Origin: the human T2T-CHM13v2.0 reference genome, Homo sapiens
DNA length: 64,000 bases
Reading direction: 5' to 3' (one strand)
Assembly: GCF_009914755.1 (NCBI RefSeq)
Contig: NC_060929.1
Shown here: positions 30,212 to 42,690 of the stretch, one piece after another
Layout: every line of letters begins with the position of its first letter
How positions within the stretch are numbered: position 1 is the stretch's first letter
The notes under the pieces: generated by a model
What the model saw: the letters and a program-made list of their open reading frames with translations, nothing else
Told to the model about the DNA's origin: nothing
Databases searched by the model: none
Made by a program: the position numbers and the translations under genes

Positions 30212-30226
30212 ATTCTGGAAGATTCC
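30212..30226. promoter_or_regulatory. Perfect 3-unit heat shock element (aTTCt-gGAAg-aTTCc); candidate HSF1 site
   Basis: Sequence attctggaagattcc matches the nTTCn-nGAAn-nTTCn consensus. Motif match only; binding not shown. Confidence 0.4.
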
Positions 30227-33200
30227 ATTCCATTCCATTCCATTCCATTGCATTCCATTGCACTCGGGTTGATTCCATTCCTTTCCATTCCACTCAATTA
30301 CATTCCCTTCCATTCCACTCGGAATGATTCCATTCCATTGCATTCCATTCCATTGCATTCCTTTCCGATCCATTCCATTCCATTCCATTCCATTCCATTA
30401 CAATTGGTTTGAATCCATTCCATTCCATTTCCTTCCATTCCATTCTATTCCATTCCATTCCATTCAATTCAGGTTTCTTCTATTCAATTCCTTTACACTC
30501 CATTCCATTCCACACAATTCCATTCCATTCCATTCCATTTCAAGTGGGTTGAATCCATTACATTCCTTTTCGTTCCATTCCATTCCATTGCATTCCTTTG
30601 CATGCCATTCCAATCGGGTTGATTCCTTTCCATTCCATTACATTCGGTTTGATTAAATTCCATTCCATGCAATCCCATTCCATTCCATTCCATTCCATTC
30701 CATTCCATTCCATTCCATTGCACTCGGGTTGATTCCATTCCATTCCATTCCATTCCATTCCATTCCATTCCATTCCATTCCATTCCACTCCATTCCATTC
30801 GGGATGATTCCATTGGATTCCATTCCATTTCATTCCATTCCATTCCATTCCATTCCATTCCACTCGGGTTGATTCCATTCCATTACTTTCCATTCAATTC
30901 CATTCCCTTCCATTCCACTCGGGTTGATTCCATTCCTTTCCATTCCACTCTATTACATTCACTTCCATTCCACTCGAAATGATTCCATTCCATTCCACTG
31001 CATTCCATTCCAATGCATTCCATTACATTCAATTCCACCTGAGTTGATTCCATTCCATTCCATTCCCTTCCATTCCATTACATTCCATTACATTCCATTC
31101 CACTCCATTCCATTCAGGTTGATTCCATTCCATTCCATTCCATTCCATTCCATTCCACTCTTTTTGATTCAGTTCCATTCCATTCCATTCCATGCGATTT
31201 GATTCCATTCCATTCTATTCAGTTTCATTGCATTCCACGCCATATGATTCCATTCCATTCCATTCCATTCAGGTACATTCCATTCCATTCCATTCCATTC
31301 CATTCTTATAGATTCCATTCCATTCCATTCCATTCCATTCCACTCGAGTTGATTCCATTCCATTTCATTCCATTCCATTCCATTCCGTTCCGTTCCATTC
31401 CATTCCATTCCATTCGGGTTTATTCTATTCAATTCCTTTACAGTCCATTCCATTCCACACAATTCCATTCCATTCCATTCCATTCCATTCCAAGTGGGTG
31501 GAATCCATTACATTCCATTTCGTTCCATTCCATTCCATTGCATTCCACTGCATGCCATTCCACTCGGGTTGAATCCATTCCATTCCATTCCATTCGGGTT
31601 GATCCCATTCCATTCCGTTCCATTCCATACCATTGCTCTCGGGTTGATTCCGTTCCATTCTGTTCCATTCCATTCCATTCCTTTCGGGTTTATTCTATTA
31701 AATTCCTTTACACTCCATTCCATTCCACACAATTCCATTCCATTCCATTCCATTCTAAGTGGGTGGAATCCATTACATTCCATTTCGTTCCATTCCATTC
31801 CATTGCATTCCATTACATGCCATTCCACTCGGGTTGAATCCATTCCATTCCATTCAATTCGATTCCATTCCATTGCACTCGGGTTGATTCCCTTCAATTC
31901 CATTCCATTCCTTCCATTCCATTCCATTCCATTCCATTCCATTCCAATGCACTCGGGTTGATTCCATTCGATTCCATTCCTTTCCATTCCATTCCATTCC
32001 ATTCCACTCTTGATGATTCCATTCCTTTCCATTCCATTCCATTCCATTCCATTCCATTCCACTCAGGTTGATTCCATTCCATTCCTTTCCATTCCATCCC
32101 ATTCCCTTCCATTCCACTCGGGTAGATTCCATTCCTTTCCATTCGATTCCATTCCCTTCCATTCCACTCGGGTTGATTCCATTCCTTTCCATTCCACTCC
32201 AATACATTCCCTTCTATTCCACTCGGAATGATTCCATTCCATTCCATTTCATTCCATTCCATTCCATTTCGTTCCATTCCATTCTATTCCGTACCATTCC
32301 ATTCCATTCCATTCCATTCCATGCCATTCAAGTCGGGTTAATTGCGTTCCTTTCCATTCCATTCGGATTGAATCCATTCCATTCCATTCCATTGCATTTC
32401 ATTGCACTCGTGTTCATTCCATTCCATTTCATTCCATTCCATTCCATTCCATTCCATTCCACTCCATTCCATTCGGGATGATTCTGTTCCATTCCATTCC
32501 ATTCCATTCCATTCCATTCCATTCCATGCCATTCCACTCGGGTTAATTCCGTTCATTTCCATTCCATTCGGGTTGAATCCATTCCATTCCATTCCATTCC
32601 ATTCCATTCCATTCCATTCGATTAAATTCCATTGCATTTCATTGCACTCGTGTTCGTTCCATTCCATTCCATTCCGTTCCATTCCATTCTATTTCATTCC
32701 ATTCCACTCCATTCCATTCGGGATGATTCTGTTCCATTCCATTCCATTCCATTCCACGTGATTTGATTCCATTCCATTCTATTCCGTTTAATTCCATTCC
32801 ATGCCATACGATTCCATTCCATTCCATACCATTCGGGTACATTCCATTCCAATCCATTCCATTCTGGTAAATTCCATTCCATTCCATTCCATTCCTTTCC
32901 ATTGCATTCCATTTCACTCGGGTTGATTCCATTCCTTTCCATTCCACTCGATTACATTCCCTTCCATTCCATTCGGAATGAATCCATTCCATTCCATTCC
33001 ATTCCATTGCATTCCATTGCATTCCATTCCAATCCATTCCTTTCCATTCCATTCCGTTCCAATTGGTTTGAATCCATGGATTAAATTCCATTCCATTCCA
33101 TTCCATTCCATTCCATTCATTTCAATTCCATTCGATTAAATTCCCTTCCATTCCACTCGGAATGATTACATTCCATTCCATTGCATTCCATTCCAATCCA

Positions 33201-36200
33201 TTCCATTCCATTCCATTCCACTCGAGTTGATTCCATTCCATTCCATTCCATTCCATTGCTTTCCATTCCATTTCATTCCATTCTATTCGGGTTGATTCCA
33301 TTCCATTCCATTCCATTCCATTCCATTCCATTCCATTCCATTCCATTTCACTCGAGTTGATTCCATTCCATTCCATTCCATTCCATTCCTTTCCATTCCA
33401 TTCTATTCCATTCCTTTCCATTCCATTCCACTCGGGTTGATTCCATTCTGTTCATTTCCATTCCATTCCATTCCCTTCCATTCCACTCGGGTTGATTCCA
33501 TTCCTTTCCATTCCACTAGAATACATTCCCTTCTATTCCACTCCGAATGATTCCATTCCATTCCATTTTGTTCCATTCCGTTCTATTCCGTACCATTCCA
33601 TTCCATTCCATTCCTTTCCATTCCATGCCATTCCTCTCGGGTTGAATCCATTTCATTCCATTCTATTCTGGTTGATTCCATTCCATTCCATTCCATTCCA
33701 TTCCATTCCATTGCATTCCATTGCACTCGAGTTGATTCCATTCCATTCCATTCCATTCTATTCCATTCCATTCCATTTCATTTCATTGCATTCCATTCTA
33801 TTCCGTACCATTCCATTCCATTCCATTCCATTGCATTCCATTCCATTCCATTCCATTCCATTCCATTCCATTCCATGCCATTCCATTCGGGTTGATTCCA
33901 TTCCTTTCCATTCCATTCGGATTGAATCCATTCCATTCCATTCTATTCCATTCGATTCCATTCCATTGCACTCGGGTTCATTCCATTCCATTCCATTCCA
34001 TTCCATTCCACTTCATTCCATTCCATTCCACTCCATTCCATTCGGGATGATTCCATTCCATTCCATTCCATTCCATTCCATTCCATTCCATTCCATTCCA
34101 CTCTGTTTGATGCAGTTGCATTCCATTCCATTCCACGCGATTTGATTCTGTTCCATTCTATTCCGTTTCATTCCATTCCACGCCATATGATTCCATTCCA
34201 TTCCATTCCATTCCATTCCATTCTGGTAGATTCCATTCCATTCCATTCCATTCCATTGCACTTGGGTTGATTCCAATTCATCCCATTCCATTCCATTCCA
34301 TTCCATTCCATTCCATTCCATTCCATTCCACTCTGTTTGATTCAGTTGCTTTCCATTCCATTCCACGTGATTTGATTCCATTCCATTCTATTGCGTTTCA
34401 TTTCCTTCCACGCCATAGGATTCCATTCCATTCCACACCATTCGGGTACATTCCATTCCATTCCATTCCATTCCTATCCATTCCATTCCATTGCACTTGG
34501 GTTGATTCCAATTCATTCCCTTCCATTCCATTCCATTCCATTCCATTCCATTCCATTCAACTCCTTTCCACTCCATTCCATTCGGGTTGTTTCTATTCAA
34601 TTCCTTTACACTCCACTCCATTCCATTCCATTCCATTCCATTCCATTCCATTCCATTCCATTCCTCTCTGTTTGATTCAGTTGCATTCCATTCCATTCCA
34701 CGCGATTTGATTCCATTCCAATCTATTGCGTTTCATTCCCTTCCACGCCATACGATTCCATTCCATTCAACACCATTCGTGTACATTCCATTCCAGTCCA
34801 TTCCATTCCTTTCCATTCCATTCCATTGCAATTGGGTTGATTCCAATTCATTCCCTTCCATTCCCTTCCATTCCATTCCATTCCATTCCATTCCATTCCA
34901 TTCCGTTCCATTCCATTCAACTCCTTTCAATTCCATTCCATTCCATTCCTTTCGGGTTGTTTCTATTCAATTCCTTTACACTCCATTTCATTCCATTCCA
35001 TTCCACACAATTCCATTCCGTACCATTCCATTCCATTCCATTCCTTTCCGTTCCATGCCCTTCCAATCGGGTTGATTCCATTTCATTCAATTTTATTCAG
35101 GTTGATTGCATTCCATTCCATTCCATTCCATTGCATTCCATTGCACTCGAGTTGATTCCATTCCATTCCATTCCATTCCATTGCACTAGAGTTGATTCCA
35201 TTCCATTCCATTCCATTCCATTCCTTTCCCCTCCATTCCACTCGGGTTCTTGCCATTCCATTCCATTCCATTCCATTCCATTCCATTCCATTCCACTCGG
35301 GTTGATTCCATTCTATTCTTTTCCATTCCATTCCATTCCCTTCCATTCCACTCGGGTTGATTCCATTCCTTTACATTCCACTCGAATACATTCCCTTCTA
35401 TTCCACTCGGAATGATTCCACTCCATTCCATTCCATTGCATTCCATTCCATTTCATTTCGTTCTATTCCATTCTATTCCGTACCATTCCATTCCATTCCA
35501 TTCCATTCCATTCCATTCCATTCCATTCCATGACATTCCACTCGCGTTGATTCCATTCCTTTCCATTCCCTTCGGATTGAATCCATTCCATCCCATTCCT
35601 TTCCATTCGACTCCATTCCATTGCACTCGGGTTCATTCCATTCCATTCTATTCCATTCTACTCCATTCCATTCGATTCCACTCCATTCCATTCGGGATGA
35701 TTCCATTCCATTCCATTCCATTCCATTCCATTCCATTCCATTCCATTCCACTCTGTTTGATTCAGTTTCATTCCATTCCATTCCAGGGGATTTGATTCCA
35801 TTCCATTCTATTTCGTTTCATTCCATTCCACGCCATATGATTCCATTCCATTCCATTCCATTCGGGTACATTCCATTCCATTCCATTTCATTCCATTCCA
35901 TTCTGGTAGATTCCATTCCATTCCATTCCATTCCATTCCATTCCATTCCATTCCATTGCACTCGGGTTGATTCCAATGCATTCCATTCCATTCCATTCCA
36001 TTCCACTCCATTCCATTCCATTCCTTTCCATTCCATTCCTTTCCATTCCATTCCATTCCATTGCATTCGGGTTGATTCTATTCAATTCCTTTACACTCCA
36101 TTACATTCCATTCCATTCCACACAATTCCATTCCTTACCATCCCATTCCATTCCATACCTTTCCATTCCATGCCATTCCACTCGGGTTGATTCCATTCCA

Positions 36201-39200
36201 TTCCATTCCATTCCATTCCGTTGCACTCGAGTTGATTCCATTCCATTCCATTCCATTCCATTCCATTCAACTCCTTTCCATTCCATTCCATTCCCTTCGG
36301 GTTGTTTCTATTCAATTCCTTTACACTCCATTCCATTCCATTCCGTTCCATTCCATTCCATTCCATTCCTCTCTGTTTGATTCAGTTGCATTCCATTCCG
36401 TTCCACGCGATTTGATTCCATTCCATTCTATTGCGTTTCATTCCCTTCCACGCCATACGATTCCATTCCATTCCACACCATTCGGGTGCATTCCATTCCA
36501 TTCCATTCCATTCCATTCCTTTCCATTCCATTCCATTGCACTTGGGTTGATTCCAATTCATTCCCTTCCATTCCATTCCATTCCATTCCATTCCGTTCCA
36601 TTCCATTCAACTCCTTTCCATTCCATTCCATTCCATTCCATTCGGGTTGTTTCTATTCAATTCCTTTACACTCCATTCCATTCCATTCCATTCCACACAA
36701 TTCCATTCCGTACCATTCCATTCCATTCCATTCCTTTCCGTTCCATGCCCTTCCAATCGGGTTGATTCCATTTCATTCAATTTTATTCGGGTTGATTGCA
36801 TTCCATTCCATTCCATTCCATTCCATTCCATTGCATTCCATTGCACTCGAGTTGATTCCATTCCATTCCATTCCATTCCATTGCACTAGAGTTGATTCCA
36901 TTCCATTCCATTCCATTCCATTCCATTCCTTTCCCCTCCATTCCACTCGGGTTCTTGCCATTCCATTCCATTCCATTCCATTCCATTCCATTCCATTCCA
37001 CTCGGGTTGATTCCATTCTATTCTTTTCCATTCCATTCCATTCCCTTCCATTCCACTCGGGTTGATTCCATTCCTTTCCATTCCACTCGAATACATTCCC
37101 TTCTATTCCACTCGGAATGATTCCACTCCATTCCATTCCATTCCATTCCATTCCATTTCATTTCGTTCTATTCCATTCTATTCCGTACCATTCCATTCCA
37201 TTCCATTCCATTCCATTCCATTCCATTCCATGACATTCCACTCGGGTTGATTCCATTCCTTTCCATTCCCTTCGGATTGAATCCATTCCATCCCATTTCT
37301 TTAAATTCGACTCCATTCCATTGCACTCGGGTTCATTCCATTCCATTCCATTCCATTCTACTACATTCCATTCGATTCCACTCCATTCCATTCGGGATGA
37401 TTCCATTCCATTCCATTCCATTCCATTCCTTTCCACTCTGTTTGATTCAGTTGCATTCCATTCCATTCCAGGGGATTTGATTCCATTCCATACTATTCCG
37501 TTTCATTCCATTCCACGCCATACGATTCCATTCCATTCCATTCCATTCGGGTATATTCCATTCCATTTCATTCCATTCCATTCCATTCCATTCTGGTAGA
37601 TTCCATTCCATTCCATTCCATTCCATTCCATTCCATTCCATTCCATTCCATTCCATTGCACTCGGGTTGATTCCAATTCATTCCATTCCATTCCATTCCA
37701 TTCCACTCCATTCCATTCCATTCCTTTCCATTCCATTCCATTCCATTCCATTCGGGTTGATTCTATTCACTTCCTTTTCACTCCATTACATTCCATTCCA
37801 TTCCACACAATTCCATTCCTTACCATTCCATTCCATTGCATTCCTTTCCATTCCATGCCATTCCACTCGGGTTGATTCCATTCCATTCCGTTGCACTCGA
37901 TTTGATTCCATTCCATTCCATTCCATTCCATTCCTTCCCATTTCATTCCACTCAGGTTGATTCCATTCTATTCCATTCCATTCCATTCCATTTCCTTCCA
38001 TTCCACTCGGGGTGATTCCATTCCTTTCCATTCCACTCGAATACATTCCCTTCTATTCCACTCGGAATGATTCCATTCCATTCCATACCATTCCATTGCA
38101 TTCCATTTCGATCCATTCCATTCTATTCCGTAAGATTCCATTCCATTCCATTCCATTCCATGCCATTCCACTCGAGTAGATTCCTTTCCTTTCCATTCCA
38201 TTCGTGTTGAATCCATTCCATTCCATTCCATTCAATTCGATTCCATTCCATTGCACTCGGGTTGATTCCCTTCCATTCCATTCCATTCCATTTCATTCCA
38301 TTCCACTCCATTCTATTCGTTATGATGCCATTCCATTCCATTCCATTCCATTCCATTCCACTCTGTTTGATTCAGTTGCATTCCATTGCATTCCACGCGA
38401 TTTGATGTCATTCCATTCTATAACGTTTCCTTCCATACCACGCCATACGATTCCATTCCATTCCATTCCATTCGGGTACATTCCATTCCATTCCATTCCA
38501 TTCGGGTACATTCCATTCCATTCCATTCCATTCCATTCCATTCCATTCCATTCCTTTTCGGTAGATTCCATTCCATTCCATTCCATTCCATTCCATTCCA
38601 TTCCTTTCCATTCCATTCTACTCGGGTTGATTCCGTTCCATTCCTTTGCATTCCATTCCTTTCCATTTCGGTTGAATCTATTCCATTCCATTTCGTTCTA
38701 TTCCGTTCTATTCCGTACCATTCCATTCCATTCCATTCCATTCCTTTCCATTCCATTCCGTTCCATTCCATGCCATTCCACTCGGTTTGATTCCTTTCCA
38801 TTCCATTCAATTCGAGTTCATTATATTCTATTTAATTCCATTCCATTCCATTCCATTCCATTCCATTGCACTCGGGTTGATTCCATTCCATTCCATTCCA
38901 TTCCATTCCATTCCACTGCATTCCATTCGGGATGATTCCATTCCATTCCATTCCATTCCATTCCATTCCATTCCATTCCACTCGGGTTGATTCCATTCCG
39001 TTCCTTTCCATTCAATTCCAATCCCTTCCATTCCACTCACAATGATTCCATTCCTTTCCATTCCACTCGGTTACATTCCCTTCCATTCCACTCGGAATGA
39101 TTCCATTCCTTTCCATTGCATTCCATTCCAATCCATTCCATTCCTTTCCATTCCACTCGAGTTGATTCCATTCCATTCCATTCCATTCCGTTCCATTCGG

Positions 39201-41205
39201 GTTGATTCTATTCAATTCCTTTACACTCCATTCCATTCCATTCCATTCCATTCCAGACAATTCCATTAAATTCCAATTGGGTTGAATCCATTTCATTCCA
39301 TTTCGTTCCATTCCATTCTATTCCGTACCTTTCCATTGCATTCGATTCCTTTCCTTTTTATGCCATTCCACTCGGGTTCATTCCATTGCATTCCATTCTA
39401 TTCGAGTTGATTCCATTCCATTCCATTCCATTCCATTCCATTCCATTCCATTCCATTGGATTCCATTGCAGTCGAGTTGATTCCATTCCATTCCATTCCA
39501 TTCCATTCCATTCCATTCCATTCCGTTCCACTCCATTCCATTCCATTCCATTCCACTCTGTTTGATTCAGTTCCATTCCATTCCATTCCATGCGATATGA
39601 TTCCATTCCATTCTATTCAGTTTCATTCCATTTCACGCCATACGATTCCATTCCATTCCATTCCATTCGGGTACATTCCATTCCATTCCAATCCATTCCA
39701 TTCCATTCCATTCCATTCCACTCTGTTTGATTCAGTTCCATTCCATTCCATTCCATGTGATTTGATTCAATTCCATTCTATTCAGTTTCATTCCATTTCA
39801 CGCCATACGATTCCATTCCATTCCATTCCATTCGGGTACATTCCATTCCATTCCAATCCATTCCATTCCATTCCACTCTGTTTGATTCAGTTCCTTTCCA
39901 TTCCATTCCATGTGATTTGATTCCATTCCATTCTATTCAGTTTCATTCCATTTCACGCCATACGATTCCATTCCATTCCATTCCATTCGGGTACATTCCA
40001 TTCCATTCCATTCCATTCCTTTCCATTCCATTCCATTGCACTTGGGTTGATTCCAATTCATTCCCTTCCATTCCATTCCATTCCATTGCATTCCATTCCA
40101 TTCCATTCCGTTCCATTCCATTCAACTCCTTTCCATTCCATTCTATTCCATTCCATTCCATTCGGGTTGTTTCTATTCAATTCCTTTACACTCCATTCCA
40201 TTCCATTCCATTCCACACAATTCCATTCCGTACCGTTCCATTCCATTCCATTCCTTTCCGTTCCATGCCCTTCCAATCGGGTTGATTCCATTTCATTCAA
40301 TTTTATTCGGGTTGATTGCATTCCATTCCATTCCATTGCATTGCATTCCATTGAACTCGAGTTGATTCCATTCCATTCCATTCCATTCCATTCCATTGCT
40401 CTAGAGTTGATTCCATTCCATTCCATTCCATTCCATTCCTTTCCATTCCTTTCCCCTCCATTCCACTCGGGTTCTTGCCATTCCATTCCATTCCATTCCA
40501 TTCCATTCCATTCCATTCCTTTCCACTCGTGTTGATACCATTCCATTCCATTCCATTCCATTCCATTCCATTCCATTCCACCTGAGTTGATTCCATTCCA
40601 TTCCATTCCATTCCGTTCCACTCAATTCCATTCCATTCCATTCGGGATGATTCCATTCCATTCCATTCCATTCCATTCCATTCCATTCCACTCTGTTTGA
40701 TTCAGTTCCTTTCCATTCCATTCCATGCGATTTGATTCCATTCCATTCTATTCAGTTTCATTCTATTCCACGCCATACGATTCCAATCCATTCCATTCCA
40801 TTCGGGTACATTCCATTCCATTCCATTCCATTCCATTCCATTCCATTCCATTCCATTCCATTCCATTCTTATAGATTCCATTCTATTCCATTCCATTCCA
40901 TTCCATTCCACACGGGTTGATTCCATTCCTTTCCATTCCACTCGAATACATTCCCTTCTATTTCACTAGGAATGATTCCATTCCATTCCATACCATTCCA
41001 TTCCATTCCATTTCCTTCCATTCCATTCTATTCCGTACCATTCCATTCCATGCCATTCCACTAGGGGTTGATTCCATTCCTTTCCAATCCTTTCGGGTTG
41101 AATCCATACCATTCCATTCCATTCCATTCCATTCCATACCATTGCATTGCACTCTGGTTGTTTCCATTCCGTTCCATTCCATTCCGTTCCATTCCACTCG
41201 ATTCC

Positions 41206-41220
41206 ATTCGGGAAGATTCC
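41206..41220. promoter_or_regulatory. Perfect 3-unit heat shock element (aTTCg-gGAAg-aTTCc); candidate HSF1 site
   Basis: Sequence attcgggaagattcc matches the HSE consensus. Motif match only. Confidence 0.4.
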
Positions 41221-42675
41221 ATTCCATTCCATTCCATTCCACTCTGTTTGATTCAGTTTCATTCCATTCCATTCCACGCGATTTGATTCCATTCCATTCT
41301 ATTCCCTTTCATTCAATTCCACGTCATACGATTCCATTCCATTCCATTCCATTCGGGTAAATTCCATTCCATTCCATTCCATTCCATTTCGGTAGATTCC
41401 ATTCCATTCCATTCCATTCCATTCCATTCCATTGCACTCTGGTTGATTCCGTTCCATTGCATTCCATTCCATTCCATTCCATTCCATTCCATTGCAGTCG
41501 AGTTGATTCCATTCCATTCCATTCCACTCGAGTTGATTCCATTCCATTCCATTCCATTCCACTCCATTCCATTCCATTCCATTCCACTCTGTTTGATTCA
41601 TTTCCATTCCATTCCATTCCATGCGATTTGATTCCATTCCATTCTATTGAGTTTCATTCCATTTCACGCCATACGATTCCATTCCATTCCATTCCATTCG
41701 GGTACATTCCTTTCCATTCCTTTCCATTCCATTCCATTCCATTCCATTCCATTCCATTCCATTCCATTCCATTCTTATAGATTCCATTCCATTCCATTGC
41801 ATTCCATTCTATTCCATTCCATTGCACTCGGGTTGATTCCATTCCTTTCCGTTCCACTCGATTACATTCCCTTCCATTCCACTCGAAATGATTCCGTTCC
41901 ATTGCATTCCATTCCATTGCATTCCATTCCAATCCATTCCATTCCATTCCATTACACCCGAGTTGATTCCATTCCTTTCCATTCCATTCCATTCCATTCC
42001 ATTCCTTTGCATTCCCTTCCATTCCATTCCATTCAATTCGGGTTGATTCTATTCAATTCCTTTACACTCCATTCCATTCTATTCCATTCCACACAATTCC
42101 ATTCCATTCCATTCCAATCCATTCCATTCCATTCCATTCCAATCGGGTTGAATCCATTCCATTGCATTTCGTTCCATTCCGTTCTATGTCATTCCTTTCC
42201 ACTCTGTTCCATTCCCTTACATTCCATTCCATTCCACGCCATTCCACTAGGGTTGATTCCATTCCATTCCATTCGGGTACATTCCATTCCATTCCATTCC
42301 ATTCCATTCCATTCCATTCCATTCCATTCCATTCCATTCTTATAGATTCCATTCTATTCCATTCCATTCCATTCCATTCCACACGGGTTGATTCCATTCC
42401 TTTCCATTCCACTCGAATACATTCTCTTCTATTCCACTAGGAATGATTCCATTCCATTCCATTCCATTCCATTCCATTTCGTTCCATTCCATTCTATTCC
42501 GTACCATTCCATTCCATGCCATTCCACTCGGGTTGATTCCATTCCTTTCCAATCCATTCGGGTTGAATCCATACCATTCCATTCCATTCCATTCCATTCC
42601 ATTCCATACCATTGCATTGCACTCTGGTTGTTTCCATTCCGTTCCATTCCATTCCGTTCCATTCCACTCGATTCC

Positions 42676-42690
42676 ATTCGGGAAGATTCC
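42676..42690. promoter_or_regulatory. Perfect 3-unit heat shock element, duplicate of 41,206-41,220
   Basis: attcgggaagattcc, copied by the 1.47 kb tandem duplication. Motif match only. Confidence 0.4.

Larger units (their letters stand above)
24900..40520 (+). repeat. Macro-repeat copy 2 (offset drifts from ~21.0 kb to ~20.4 kb)
   Basis: Same ordered landmarks as copy 1. The offset shrinks through block deletions (near ~30,020 and ~33,120) and changes in pentamer-run length. Confidence 0.9.
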
